Source: a bacterium | GTDB lineage: Bacteria > DRYD01 | Direction of reading: 5' to 3' | NCBI GenBank assembly: GCA_039630415.1 | Contig: JBCNVB010000011.1 | Span: forward strand, 987 to 64,986 | Length of the DNA stretch: 64,000 nt | In this document: in pieces, positions 29,903 through 39,902 of the stretch | How the letters are laid out: every line of letters starts with the position of its first letter | How positions within the stretch are numbered: position 1 is the first letter of the stretch | Made by a program: the position numbers and the translations under genes | Notes under the pieces: generated by a model | The model's database searches: none | Told to the model about the DNA's origin: nothing | What the model saw: only the letters and a program-made list of their open reading frames with translations

Positions 29903-31108
29903 ATGCTTTGGTTGATTTTGTTCTCACTAATACTTTTCATCCTTTTACTACCAGCTATTGGTGCTATATTCTTGTATTTTTTCAGGAAAAACTCTCTTTT
30001 GGTTGTGGAGTTGTCCAATGTATATCCAGTAGCAAACAAGGCTTTACTTTTGGAATTTGAAGTAAAAAACCTGGGATCTTTTCATTCAATAATTCTGAAC
30101 ATAGATCTGAATCTATTACCTCCAATATCTTTCAAACATAAGAAAATATTGGAATCTAACTCTAACTACTTCGATACGGTAATTCTAAAATCAAACAAAG
30201 CTAAAGTTTTTAGATTTTTGTACGAATTTGATGGGTCAATTCCTGTTGATCAAATCATATCCAATTCAAACTTAAGTGTAGGTATTATCTTAACTTACTA
30301 CGATCTTAAACCAATTAGATTTATGTACAGAGAATTCAATTTGGCAAGATATCTTAGGAATAAAATTGATAGTCTTTCAGAAAATGAATTTACCTTTAAT
30401 GACAGTTTAGCAAATAAAAGCATAGATATAATAGCTAAACAGGATGTTTTTTGTTTAAAAACTCCCATAATAACTCACTTCCATACTATACAAGATTTGG
30501 TTAACTTAATTTTACAAGGTATAACCAGGGTTGAAAAAAGTAACTTAAAGAAACTAATAGTTTGCATATCAGAAAGTGTTATAGCTATAATCCAAAAAAG
30601 AACTAGATGTGTATATGATATAGAGCCCTCTGAAATAGCTCAACTTTTTAACCATTATTTTGATCAAGATAGTTCATTGTCTAGCCCTTATGGATTAGAA
30701 ATGGTTCTAAGAGATATTGGTTTTGCTAGATTTTATTTTTCTTTGTATCCGGGAATTATTGGTAAATTGCTGGGTATTTCGGGAATGTTTTATGTTTTTG
30801 CTGGAAGGAAAGCGGCTGCAGTTGATGATGCAGGTGGAACTATTAGACCTTATGATAAGTATGTTGTTCTTGCACCAGAAAATACCAATCAAACGGCAAA
30901 ACAAATAAAACAAAAATTAATAGAAAGTTTGAATAGTGACATAGATTTAGAGGTTTGTATTGTGGATGCTAATGACCTTGGAAAAGTAGATATACTTGGT
31001 ACTACTTCTTTTGATACTAATCAAATCGTTATAAACAAAATAAAAACTAACCCCCAAGGAAACGATGATCAACAAACTCCTGTCGTATTTATCCCAATAT
31101 ATCAATAG
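29903..31108 (+). CDS. Membrane-anchored protein with C-terminal CofE / F420-0:gamma-glutamyl ligase-like domain
   Basis: N-terminal TM helix plus about 190 aa of unknown domain. Then VCISESVIAIIQKRTRCVYDIEPSEIAQ and AAVDDAGGTIRPYDKYVVLAPEN...VCIVDANDLGKVDILG parallel the CofE-family pattern (VSSKVVSKAEGR..EPSE..; NAGIDASN..; ITDTNGR). Confidence 0.45.
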   Translation: MLWLILFSLILFILLLPAIGAIFLYFFRKNSLLVVELSNVYPVANKALLLEFEVKNLGSFHSIILNIDLNLLPPISFKHKKILESNSNYFDTVILKSNKAKVFRFLYEFDGSIPVDQIISNSNLSVGIILTYYDLKPIRFMYREFNLARYLRNKIDSLSENEFTFNDSLANKSIDIIAKQDVFCLKTPIITHFHTIQDLVNLILQGITRVEKSNLKKLIVCISESVIAIIQKRTRCVYDIEPSEIAQLFNHYFDQDSSLSSPYGLEMVLRDIGFARFYFSLYPGIIGKLLGISGMFYVFAGRKAAAVDDAGGTIRPYDKYVVLAPENTNQTAKQIKQKLIESLNSDIDLEVCIVDANDLGKVDILGTTSFDTNQIVINKIKTNPQGNDDQQTPVVFIPIYQ

Positions 31109-31592
31109 TATTCTGCTAGGTTTCTTTTTCATATTAATTGTCTATTTGTTAATTTTTCACGATTTTGAAAATTTTTATCGAGAGGAATTAATGTCTAAAA
31201 AAGATAGAAGAATGATAAAGGTATATGTATGTGGAGAAGTAGAAAATCCTGGTGTTTATGAATTACCTGAAGGTTCGAGAGTGGAAGATGTACTGTTCAT
31301 GGCTAAGGTGAAACCAACAGCTGATCTACAGTCAATAAATTTAGCCAAAAGATTGAGAGATGAAGATATGATAAGAGTTCATTCTTCTAAAGAAGTTAGT
31401 ATAAAGGTAAACATAAATACTGCTAGTGAAAGAGAACTTTCTAAACTTCCTGGTATATCACCCAAAACAGCAAGAAAAATAGTACAATATAGAGAGAAGT
31501 ATGGGAATTTTACAAACATTAACGAACTACTGAGAATAGATGGAATAACCGTAGAAGATTTAGAGGAAATATCAAAGTATATTCATTTTTGA
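31065..31592 (+). CDS. comEA: ComEA-family DNA-binding competence protein (SLBB + helix-hairpin-helix)
   Basis: TM anchor, SLBB-like IKVYVCGEVENPGVYELPEGSRVEDV, and HhH INTASERELSKLPGISPKTARKIVQYREKYGNF. The start is uncertain: the ATG at 31065 overlaps the upstream gene by 44 nt. Confidence 0.8.
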   Translation: MINKLLSYLSQYINSILLGFFFILIVYLLIFHDFENFYREELMSKKDRRMIKVYVCGEVENPGVYELPEGSRVEDVLFMAKVKPTADLQSINLAKRLRDEDMIRVHSSKEVSIKVNINTASERELSKLPGISPKTARKIVQYREKYGNFTNINELLRIDGITVEDLEEISKYIHF

Positions 31593-31603
31593 TGTTTTAC
31601 TTT

Positions 31604-32911
31604 TCAGGATTGGATTAGGTTAAGAAAGGCTTGTTTTAAAGAGGGTTTATGATCGAGAAATAAAGCTTTATCCCCGTATTTGTTGATATATTCTTTTAAA
31701 AATTCCTTGGCTATTTTTTGATCTATAATAGCAAAGTGTGCGTAGTCTTTTACGGGTTCTCTGTACCATTCTTCGGGTACTTGATCATTGATTATCATCA
31801 AAAACTTTTCAGCTATTTTTTCTTCTGACCAGTTAGAAAGGATGAACTCTTGTGCTTTTTGGCCTAATTCTTCTCTATATTCTTTGTTGTTGATCATAAA
31901 CTCTATAGCTTGTTCTATTTCATCTGGATGGCATAAGTGGGATGGGGGAATAATTGAGGGTGGATGTATTTGTTTATATTTTTCCCATATATATCCACCC
32001 ATTATACTTGGTTTTCCGAGAATAGCTCCTTCGGTTGCTAACCCAGTTAAAGCTACATCACTGTATAATTGATCAACTATAAAATCACATTGTTTTATAT
32101 GATTTATCACTTCTTGATAAGGTTTGCCGTGTATTTCTATATATTGAATATCTTTGTATTTTTGGCTAAGTTTTTGAATTACTTGTCTTATTTTATCTGT
32201 ACCTTTACTTTCAGGTTTGGAAGGAGCATGAAGAATTTTTATTTTATCTGTTATAGTATTATCGGAATTATCTACTTTTATATTCGGGGGCATAAGACCT
32301 ATGTGATGATAATCTACGTATTTTCTTGTCAGTAATTGGGATATGAAATAGTTAGATACTATGTAATCAGAATATTTTTCAATCATTTTAATTTTGTAGC
32401 TCTTTATTTTCATCATTTGGTAAGCTTTTTCCAAAGTTTTTTCTTTTTGTGATAAATCTAGTCCATATAAGTCAATGTACGTAGGTCTTGCTTCACTACC
32501 ATGGAAGATACTAAAAATTATTTTCTTCTTGAAAAACTTTAGAATTGGTAAATCAAGGTTAAATGGTAAAATTGACTCTCCAAAAGTGAATATAAATACT
32601 TGATATTTCCAAATTGAGTAAAGTAGTATTATCAACTCGAGAATTACTATTAGTATGTTAAAACAAAACCATGTAAATCTTTTTATACTTATTATACCAA
32701 GTATTCTTCTTTTTGATCTAGTTAAAAGGTATTTGTATTTTGTTAATAGGTAAAGTAATTTTGCTAGAATGTTTGGGTAGTCATTAATTGATGAGTATTC
32801 AAATGGGTGATATTTGCAGTAATAATTAGCTTTCACATTAATTTTTTGTAAAGCCTTGCAGAGTCTAATATAATGTCCTGCTATTTCTGCTGTACCTATA
32901 AAAATTTCCAT
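31604..32911 (-). CDS. Putative glycosyltransferase / glycan-assembly protein (GT-B-like)
   Basis: 435 aa at the edge of the sugar locus. It has an internal hydrophobic segment, and the C-terminal half (ILHAPSKPESKGTDKI...CDFIVDQLYSDVALTGLATEGAILGKP) resembles the GT-B nucleotide-sugar binding half. Confidence 0.4.
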   Translation of the reverse strand: MEIFIGTAEIAGHYIRLCKALQKINVKANYYCKYHPFEYSSINDYPNILAKLLYLLTKYKYLLTRSKRRILGIISIKRFTWFCFNILIVILELIILLYSIWKYQVFIFTFGESILPFNLDLPILKFFKKKIIFSIFHGSEARPTYIDLYGLDLSQKEKTLEKAYQMMKIKSYKIKMIEKYSDYIVSNYFISQLLTRKYVDYHHIGLMPPNIKVDNSDNTITDKIKILHAPSKPESKGTDKIRQVIQKLSQKYKDIQYIEIHGKPYQEVINHIKQCDFIVDQLYSDVALTGLATEGAILGKPSIMGGYIWEKYKQIHPPSIIPPSHLCHPDEIEQAIEFMINNKEYREELGQKAQEFILSNWSEEKIAEKFLMIINDQVPEEWYREPVKDYAHFAIIDQKIAKEFLKEYINKYGDKALFLDHKPSLKQAFLNLIQS

Positions 32912-33004
32912 ATGTATACTAATTCCTTTGCTGTGTATAGACTCCTACTTAAATCCTGTTATTTTTAGAGGTAGAGATATTCCTTAGGTAGAAAAGATTT
33001 TTAT

Positions 33005-33583
33005 ATGAGTATTTTTAAAAAGATCTTTGATGAGCTTGATGAATACGATATAAAAGCTAGAAAGACAGATATTAAAAAATTCCTCAAAGTTTTTTTAGAT
33101 ACCCTACATGTTCTATTCAAAATGAAAAAGAGAAAATACAATAGGGTTCTTCCTTTAGGGGATTATTTTGTAGATAGATGGGAGAAGGCAAAATTTTTAG
33201 GTTTTGGTGAAAACACAAGCGTCTATGACAATGTTATAATTATAGGTGATGTCAAGGTAGGAAGTAATACTTGGATAGGACCAAATGTTATTCTGGACGG
33301 TAGTGGGGGATTAGAAATAGGTTCTAACTGTTCTATTTCTGCTGGGGTACAAATATACACTCATGATAGTGTTAAGTGGGCTATTAGTGGCGGAAAAGAA
33401 AAATATGAATATTCTAAAACTATAATAGAAGATAACTGCTATATAGGACCATATGTAGTCATTACTAAGGGAGTAAGAATCGGTAAAGGATCAGTAATAG
33501 GTGCTTTTAGCTTGGTAAACAAGGATATACCTCCTAATTCCAAAGCTTTTGGAATACCAGCAAAGGTGGTTGAGAAAATATGA
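33005..33583 (+). CDS. Hexapeptide-repeat (LbH) acetyltransferase
   Basis: Repeated [LIV]-G-x4 turns: [43 protein letters not shown]...[27 protein letters not shown]. Confidence 0.8.
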   Translation: MSIFKKIFDELDEYDIKARKTDIKKFLKVFLDTLHVLFKMKKRKYNRVLPLGDYFVDRWEKAKFLGFGENTSVYDNVIIIGDVKVGSNTWIGPNVILDGSGGLEIGSNCSISAGVQIYTHDSVKWAISGGKEKYEYSKTIIEDNCYIGPYVVITKGVRIGKGSVIGAFSLVNKDIPPNSKAFGIPAKVVEKI

Positions 33584-34183
33584 ACGATATATTTAGTATT
33601 CTCAACAACTTTACCAAACTTCAGGATAATTTATTTATTCATATAAATGATCATGAACGATATAGTGCTTTACATAACATATCTGACAGATTTTATTCCA
33701 AGTGGAACCAACATATTCGAGATCTCAATATTGAAAGTATTATTGATCAAACAAGAAAAAGGTTTTTGAACTTGTATGGTTTTAAAGATGAAACTGATTT
33801 AACTAGTTTTTTATCAGATAAAAGTTTAATTTTTGATGCTGGTTGTGGCTAGGGATTTAAAACTTCATGGGTAGCTAAGCTGAGTCCTACGTCTATTGTC
33901 ATAGGAAAGGATATAAACAATCTTTTTTTTTGTTAAAGGTGATATTTCACAAACAAAATTCCCAGATAATTGTTTTGATTTGATAATTTGTGATCAGGTT
34001 CTTGCTGAAACAATTGATCCTAATCAAACTCTTAGAGAATTGACTAGGATCACAAAAATTAACGGATATATACTTACATTGGCGTATTGTAAAAAATCTA
34101 TACCAAGAGAAATGATGGATGAATATTGCAAAAAAAAATCCCTGTATCTATCTGATCAAGAAATTATGGATTTTTGTATGTAA
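33580..34183 (+). pseudogene. Disrupted class I SAM-dependent methyltransferase
   Basis: Motif I reads FDAGCG-TAG-GF, with an in-frame TAG at 33850-33852. The frame then switches at a T9 run (33923-33931) to give FVKGDISQTKFPDNCFDLIICDQVLAE...LKINGYIL. The segment between motifs I and post-II is too short. Confidence 0.65.
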
Positions 34184-34365
34184 TTAACTCGTTTAGGGCA
34201 CATACTGAGTGACTTAAACATAACGTTAGATTTTCCTGATATACCTCTACTTGGTATAATTGGATCAAAATAAATATACTGAAGAAGAATTTAAGGAAAT
34301 GATGTGTAAGGTTAAAGAAAAAAGCTAGCATTTTATTGATTCTACTAGTTCTATAAAAAAATTTC

Positions 34366-34419
34366 TTATGCCATATTTAGGTATATGTGTATTGGATGGA
34401 AATTGAAAACTTTCAAGCC
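34366..34419 (-). pseudogene. Short minus-strand gene remnant within the non-coding stretch 34184-34825
   Basis: It translates to GLKVFNFHPIHIYLNMA-stop, and upstream frames are broken by stops. The FNFHPIH segment reminds me of a sugar-locus deacetylase-like family, but I have not verified this. Confidence 0.3.
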
Positions 34420-34825
34420 AGTATAGTTTAAGTAGTCATCAATCTTGTATTTCTTCGAGGTTAGCAAGTATATATCATCTTTCCAAAAATACGGGACTTT
34501 TATAATGTTGGGTATAAAGTATTTGAAAGGTTTAAGCATTATGTCTGAGGAAAATGGAATATATGTATTTTGAATTTTGAATGATTAAGTGTGACCTAAC
34601 ACTTACAGCTTTTGGAACTATCAATAAGTAGTGATCAACTACTTCTTTGAAATTCTTACCATACTTGTAATTCCCTTCTAGGGGGTATTAAAAAACATCT
34701 ATTTTATGAGTTTTCAATTTTTTGTTAGCTTCAAATCTTTTATTTTATATCGTGTTTGTATTTGTTCATTCAAAATATCGGCTTATGAAGGTTATTATTT
34801 GAGGATTATTTAATTAATTTATTGT

Positions 34826-35803
34826 ATGGATCGAATAGATGGTAGTAGAATTTTAGTAATAGGTGGAGCAGGGTTTATAGGTAGCTTTGTAGTTGAATAC
34901 TTACTAAAGGAAAAAGTCAAGGAAGTTATTATATATGATAACTTTACACGGGGTAAGCTGGAAAATATTAGTGAATATTTGAAAGATCCTCGATGTTATG
35001 TTTTACCCTATGGGGGAGATATCAGGGATGTGGATGTTTTAGATAAGGCATTTGAAGGAGTAGATTATGTTTTTCATTTGGCAGCTATGTGGTTACTACA
35101 TTGTATTGATTTTCCAAGAACTGCTTTTGAAGTAAATGTGCAGGGAACTTTCAATGTTTTGGAAATGTGTGTAAAACATAAGGTGAAAAAGCTAATTTTT
35201 AGTTCTTCTGCTTCTGTTTATGGTGATGCTATTGAAGTACCTATGACTGAAAATCATCCTTTTAATAACAAAAACTTTTATGGTGCTACTAAAATAGCTG
35301 GAGAAGCAATGATAACTGCATTCCACTATAGATACGGCTTAAACGCTATAGGTTTAAGATATATGAACATATATGGACCAAGGCAAGATGAAAAAGGTGC
35401 TTATACAGGTCTAATACCTACGGTACTAAAAAAGATAGATAAAAAAGAACCAATAATCATAAATGGAGATGGTTCGCAAGCTTATGATTTTGTTTATGTC
35501 AAGGATGCAGCTAGAGCTAACATATGTGCTCTAAAATCTGATGTAAAATTTGGATTCTATAACGTAGCAACTGGTATACAAACTACAGTAAAACAACTGG
35601 TAGATATTATCCTTAATCTTACTAAATCAGATTCACAGATAATATACAGGCCTTATGATGAATCGGATCAAAGACAATTTGTAAAAAACAGAATAGGTTC
35701 TCCTGATAAAGCAAAGAAAGAAATAGGATTTGTGGCTGAGTATACATTAGAACAGGGAATAAAAGAATATCTGGAATGGAGGAAAAATCAATCACATGGT
35801 TAA
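34826..35803 (+). CDS. NAD-dependent sugar-nucleotide epimerase/dehydratase (extended SDR)
   Basis: GGAGFIGS Rossmann motif, SSSASVYG, and catalytic YGATKIAGE (YxxxK). Confidence 0.85.
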   Translation: MDRIDGSRILVIGGAGFIGSFVVEYLLKEKVKEVIIYDNFTRGKLENISEYLKDPRCYVLPYGGDIRDVDVLDKAFEGVDYVFHLAAMWLLHCIDFPRTAFEVNVQGTFNVLEMCVKHKVKKLIFSSSASVYGDAIEVPMTENHPFNNKNFYGATKIAGEAMITAFHYRYGLNAIGLRYMNIYGPRQDEKGAYTGLIPTVLKKIDKKEPIIINGDGSQAYDFVYVKDAARANICALKSDVKFGFYNVATGIQTTVKQLVDIILNLTKSDSQIIYRPYDESDQRQFVKNRIGSPDKAKKEIGFVAEYTLEQGIKEYLEWRKNQSHG

Positions 35804-37037
35804 GATGAATATACCAATATGTTTACCTTATCTTGATCAAGAGGAAGTGGAAGCTGTAAAACAGGTTATAACAAGTGGATGGTTAGTTCAAGGTCCTAAA
35901 ACTAAAGAATTTGAAGAACTCTTTAAAAAGTATACTAATTCTAAATATGCTATTGCTGTTAGTAGCTGTACAACTGCTCTTCACTTAAGTTTAGAAGCCC
36001 TAGAAGTTATAAATTCTAAAGTTATAGTTCCATCTTTCACTTTTATAGCTACTGCTAACTCAGTTGAGTACACCAATAGTGAAGTTGTTTTCTGTGATAT
36101 TAACCTGTATACGTTTAACATTGAAGAAAAAGAAATTGTAAAAATATTAGAAATCCAAAAAGGTATAAAAGCGGTAATACCTGTTAACTTGTTTGGTTTA
36201 TGTGCTAATTTACCAGAAATAGTTAAAATAGCGAATAGTTATGGAATTAAGGTTGTTGAAGATTGTGCTTGTAGTTTTGGAGGATATATCAATGGTATTC
36301 ATTCTGGTAATTTTGGTGATACTGGTTGTTTTTCTTTCCATCCAAGAAAGGCTATAACCACCGGTGAAGGAGGAATGATTATAACCAACAATGAGGAAGT
36401 ATATCAAAAAATAATAAGATTAAGAAATCATGGAGCTGAAATTTCTGATTATCAAAGACATGTTAATCAATATTCTTTCCTTTTACCGGAGTATAACTTA
36501 AGAGGATATAACTATAGAATGACAGATATTCAAGCTTCAATAGGTATTTGTCAGCTCAAGAAAGCTTCCTATATTCTTGAAAGAAGGGAACAAATAGCAA
36601 ACAAGTACATACAATTTCTTAGGAATAACTCCTACAAAGGCAAAAGTTTAGAAAAATACTTTAGATTACCTACTATTCCTGAAGGATACACGCATGGATA
36701 TCAGAGTTTTGTTTGTATCTTTTGCCCAGAAGAAGTAATATTTGACCCAAAGACGAGTATTTCAGACAAAATGAATATAACAACTGAATGGAATGTTAAA
36801 AGAAATCAACTAATGTATGAGCTTGAGAAAATGGGTATTTCTACAAGGCAGGGAACGCATGCAGTTCACACTCTTGGATATTACAAGAGGAAATATGATC
36901 TAAAACCAGAAGATTATATCAATTCCTACATTGCTGATAGACTTTCTATAGCTTTACCTCTTTATCCCCAACTAAATGACGATCAAATTGAATATATTTG
37001 CAACTGCTTACTTAGATGCATGGATAAGGTAATATAG
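35796..37037 (+). CDS. DegT/DnrJ/EryC1/StrS-family sugar aminotransferase (PLP-dependent)
   Basis: GWLVQGPKTKEFEE..., and SFHPRKAITTGEGGMI carrying the PLP lysine. Overlaps the upstream gene by 8 nt. Confidence 0.85.
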   Translation: MVKMNIPICLPYLDQEEVEAVKQVITSGWLVQGPKTKEFEELFKKYTNSKYAIAVSSCTTALHLSLEALEVINSKVIVPSFTFIATANSVEYTNSEVVFCDINLYTFNIEEKEIVKILEIQKGIKAVIPVNLFGLCANLPEIVKIANSYGIKVVEDCACSFGGYINGIHSGNFGDTGCFSFHPRKAITTGEGGMIITNNEEVYQKIIRLRNHGAEISDYQRHVNQYSFLLPEYNLRGYNYRMTDIQASIGICQLKKASYILERREQIANKYIQFLRNNSYKGKSLEKYFRLPTIPEGYTHGYQSFVCIFCPEEVIFDPKTSISDKMNITTEWNVKRNQLMYELEKMGISTRQGTHAVHTLGYYKRKYDLKPEDYINSYIADRLSIALPLYPQLNDDQIEYICNCLLRCMDKVI

Positions 37038-39047
37038 ATGTGTGGAATTTGTGGAGTAGTTTCCCTTGAAAATAAGTCGGTAAATGTAGACATTGTTAAA
37101 GGAATGGTAGATATTTTGGAACACAGGGGACCTGATGATAGTGGATATTTGTTTTTTCATACTGGAGCAAGACATAATCCTCAAATATGTTTCTATCTAA
37201 ATCTTACTGACCAAAAGTTCAGGGACTATAATCAAACCCTAAGTACCATTCAGTCAAATGAAGTGCAAAAAGAATTACATGAACATGACTATGATTTATT
37301 TTTGGGGTTTAGGAGATTGGCTATACTTGACTTATCATCAGCAGGACACCAACCTTTTTCTGACTTATCTAGAAATATTTGGCTCGTGTTTAATGGTGAA
37401 ATATACAATTACCAACAGATCAGAGATGAATTAAAAACTTTGCGTCATAGATTTAAAAGTAATTGTGATACAGAAGTGATCGTGTATTCATATGTTGAGT
37501 GGGGAATAGATTGCGTATCTAAGTTTAATGGTATGTTTGCTTTTGCAATATATAACAATTTCAAGAAAAAATTATATCTTGTAAGGGATAGGTGTGGAAT
37601 CAAACCTTTATATTGGACTTATAAAAATGGTAACATTATATTTGCTAGTGAAATTAAATCAATACTGGTTTATCTGAATTGGGCATTTGATATTGATTAT
37701 CAGTCTTTGATGGAATACTTTACCTTCCAGAATTTTTTACATAACAAAACCTTGTACAAGGATATACATATTTTGGAACCTGGAACTTATTTGGAAGTAG
37801 ATCTGATTACTAAAAAGTTTCATTCGTATAAGTACTGGGACTTTAACTTTTTTTCATACATAGATTTTTCTTTGAAAAAACAGAAAGTTATTGATTATTT
37901 ATACGATGTTTTACAAGAAACTATAAAAAGGCAACTTATTTCTGATGTTGAGGTTGGAAGTTACTTAAGTGGTGGTATAGATACTGGTTTAGTGGTTTAC
38001 TTTGCTTCTAAGCTCTATAAACCTGGACCATTAAAAACTTTTACGATAGGATTTGATACAACTACTGCCAGTGGATTAGAGCTGAATTTTGATGAAAGGA
38101 AAATAGCTGAATACATGTCTTATCTGTTCCGTACAGAACATTATGAGATGGTTCTTAAAGCAAGGGATATGGAGAGATGTATTGAGAAATTGGTTTATCA
38201 TCTTGAAGAACCTAGGGTAGGACAGAGTTATCCAAATTTTTATGCTTCCAAATTAGCTTCTAAGTTTGTCAAGGTAGTTCTTAGTGGTGTAGGTGGTGAT
38301 GAACTATTTGGAGGATACACTTGGAGGTATCTTAGTTTCCAAAACTCTAAATCTATTCAACAATTCATAAATAACTATTACTCTTATTGGCAAAGAGTTT
38401 TAACTAATCAGGATTTGCTAAAGATCTTTGATTCAATTGCTGATGAATCTACTTTGAGCTATATCTATGAATCTTTCTTATCTGTTTTTGGGGACATGCT
38501 CGAGCTTAAAGGTAAAAAGATAGATTATCAAACTATGTTACTTTTGTCTTTCTATTTTGAGTGTAAAACTTTTTTGCATGGTTTATTGGTTGTAGAGGAT
38601 AAGATATCTATGGCTCATAGTATAGAAGAAAGGGTACCATTACTTGATAATGAGGTTATTGATCTTGCTGTTAAAATATCTCCCTATCTCAAGGTAGAAC
38701 AATTTTCTGATGAATTAGTGGATGAGAATCTACTTGTACATTCACCAAAAAAACTAAAAGGTAAATATATTTTAAGGCTACTTGCTGATAAACTTATAGG
38801 TTCAAAAGTTTCTAGATTAAGAAAACAAGGTTTTTCTGCACCTGATGGAAGCTGGTTTAAAGGAGATAGCATTAATTTTATTAGGAGAGTGCTTTTGAAT
38901 AAAAATGCCAGGATATATAACTTTGCTAATAAAAAGTGTGTAGAACAACTCATAGAGGAACATATAACTGGTAAAAAAAATAGAAGACTTCTAATATGGA
39001 GTTTACTATACTTTGAATACTGGCTAAAAATATACTGTAAGCTATAG
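37038..39047 (+). CDS. asnB: Asparagine synthase (glutamine-hydrolysing)-family amidotransferase
   Basis: The N-terminal nucleophile MCGICG and the PP-loop SYLSGGIDTG. 669 aa, located within the sugar locus. Confidence 0.85.
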   Translation: MCGICGVVSLENKSVNVDIVKGMVDILEHRGPDDSGYLFFHTGARHNPQICFYLNLTDQKFRDYNQTLSTIQSNEVQKELHEHDYDLFLGFRRLAILDLSSAGHQPFSDLSRNIWLVFNGEIYNYQQIRDELKTLRHRFKSNCDTEVIVYSYVEWGIDCVSKFNGMFAFAIYNNFKKKLYLVRDRCGIKPLYWTYKNGNIIFASEIKSILVYLNWAFDIDYQSLMEYFTFQNFLHNKTLYKDIHILEPGTYLEVDLITKKFHSYKYWDFNFFSYIDFSLKKQKVIDYLYDVLQETIKRQLISDVEVGSYLSGGIDTGLVVYFASKLYKPGPLKTFTIGFDTTTASGLELNFDERKIAEYMSYLFRTEHYEMVLKARDMERCIEKLVYHLEEPRVGQSYPNFYASKLASKFVKVVLSGVGGDELFGGYTWRYLSFQNSKSIQQFINNYYSYWQRVLTNQDLLKIFDSIADESTLSYIYESFLSVFGDMLELKGKKIDYQTMLLLSFYFECKTFLHGLLVVEDKISMAHSIEERVPLLDNEVIDLAVKISPYLKVEQFSDELVDENLLVHSPKKLKGKYILRLLADKLIGSKVSRLRKQGFSAPDGSWFKGDSINFIRRVLLNKNARIYNFANKKCVEQLIEEHITGKKNRRLLIWSLLYFEYWLKIYCKL

Positions 39048-39057
39048 GTGTACAAAA

Positions 39058-39825
39058 GTGGTACTACTGATTTGCCCTGTATTCAATGAGGAAAATAAGA
39101 TTCTAGCATTTTTTAAATCTGTTATCAATTATGTTTATGATAAAGTTAATTTGCTTGTATTGGAAGATTTTTCTCAAGATTCAACTAGGCAAATATGTTT
39201 ACATTTGTACAATAATTTATCATCGTATTTTCGAAAAAGAATTTTCTTTATTTTCAATGAAAGGAATATGGGATATGGAGATAATCTTTTAAATGGATTT
39301 AGATATGCTCTTGAAAAAGGTTATGATAAAATTATAACAATAGACTGTGATTTTCAACATCTTCCTTCTTACATACCTGTCTTTATTTCTCTTTCTAGAA
39401 AGTATCATTTTGTTACGGGTACAAGATATTCTATGAATAGTTTAAGTGTTAGTAAAGTAAATTTTTTCAGGTATATGATAAACCTGAAGATGATTGAATT
39501 ATTAAAGTTTTTCTATGGTGTAAAAGTTTCTGATTTTTTTTGTGGCTTTAGAGTTTATTCTTATAAACTTTTAGAATATATTTATCTTAGTGTTATGAGT
39601 TATAAAAAACAAGCGAACGTTATTTTTTCCTATGATTTTCCAGTGTACTTATGGGTGGATATTTTGAATTTTACGCTAAATATATTCGAACTTCCTATTC
39701 CATTTATATTCTTTGAAGAAAGGAACTTCAAAGGTAAACATGCTTCACTTTTTTGGGATCATTACCAAAGAGTTCAAATATACGTTGAAAAATTCATGGA
39801 GTACTATAATTTGAAGAAAAAGTAA
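39058..39825 (+). CDS. Family 2 glycosyltransferase
   Basis: LICPVFNEENKI at the N-terminus and a DCD (DxD) motif in IITIDCDFQH. GTG start. Confidence 0.7.
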   Translation: MVLLICPVFNEENKILAFFKSVINYVYDKVNLLVLEDFSQDSTRQICLHLYNNLSSYFRKRIFFIFNERNMGYGDNLLNGFRYALEKGYDKIITIDCDFQHLPSYIPVFISLSRKYHFVTGTRYSMNSLSVSKVNFFRYMINLKMIELLKFFYGVKVSDFFCGFRVYSYKLLEYIYLSVMSYKKQANVIFSYDFPVYLWVDILNFTLNIFELPIPFIFFEERNFKGKHASLFWDHYQRVQIYVEKFMEYYNLKKK

Positions 39826-39902
39826 TTAGTTATTTTTTTCATGCTAATTTAAAAAGGTTATTCCAAGATAAACGTTGAAAATATTCAAATTGGGATCAAA
39901 AT

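Noticed and set aside
31065-31108. The 44-nt overlap between the CofE-like gene and comEA might be a programmed feature.
   Set aside because: It most likely reflects uncertainty about the comEA start, since several in-frame alternatives lie downstream. No slippery sequence or structure is evident.
33850-33852. The in-frame TAG inside the methyltransferase GxGxG motif might be a recoding event (pyrrolysine or suppression).
   Set aside because: TAG is used as a normal stop by conserved genes in the window. The same gene also carries a frameshift and an apparent internal deletion, and no recoding machinery is visible. A pseudogene is the simpler reading.
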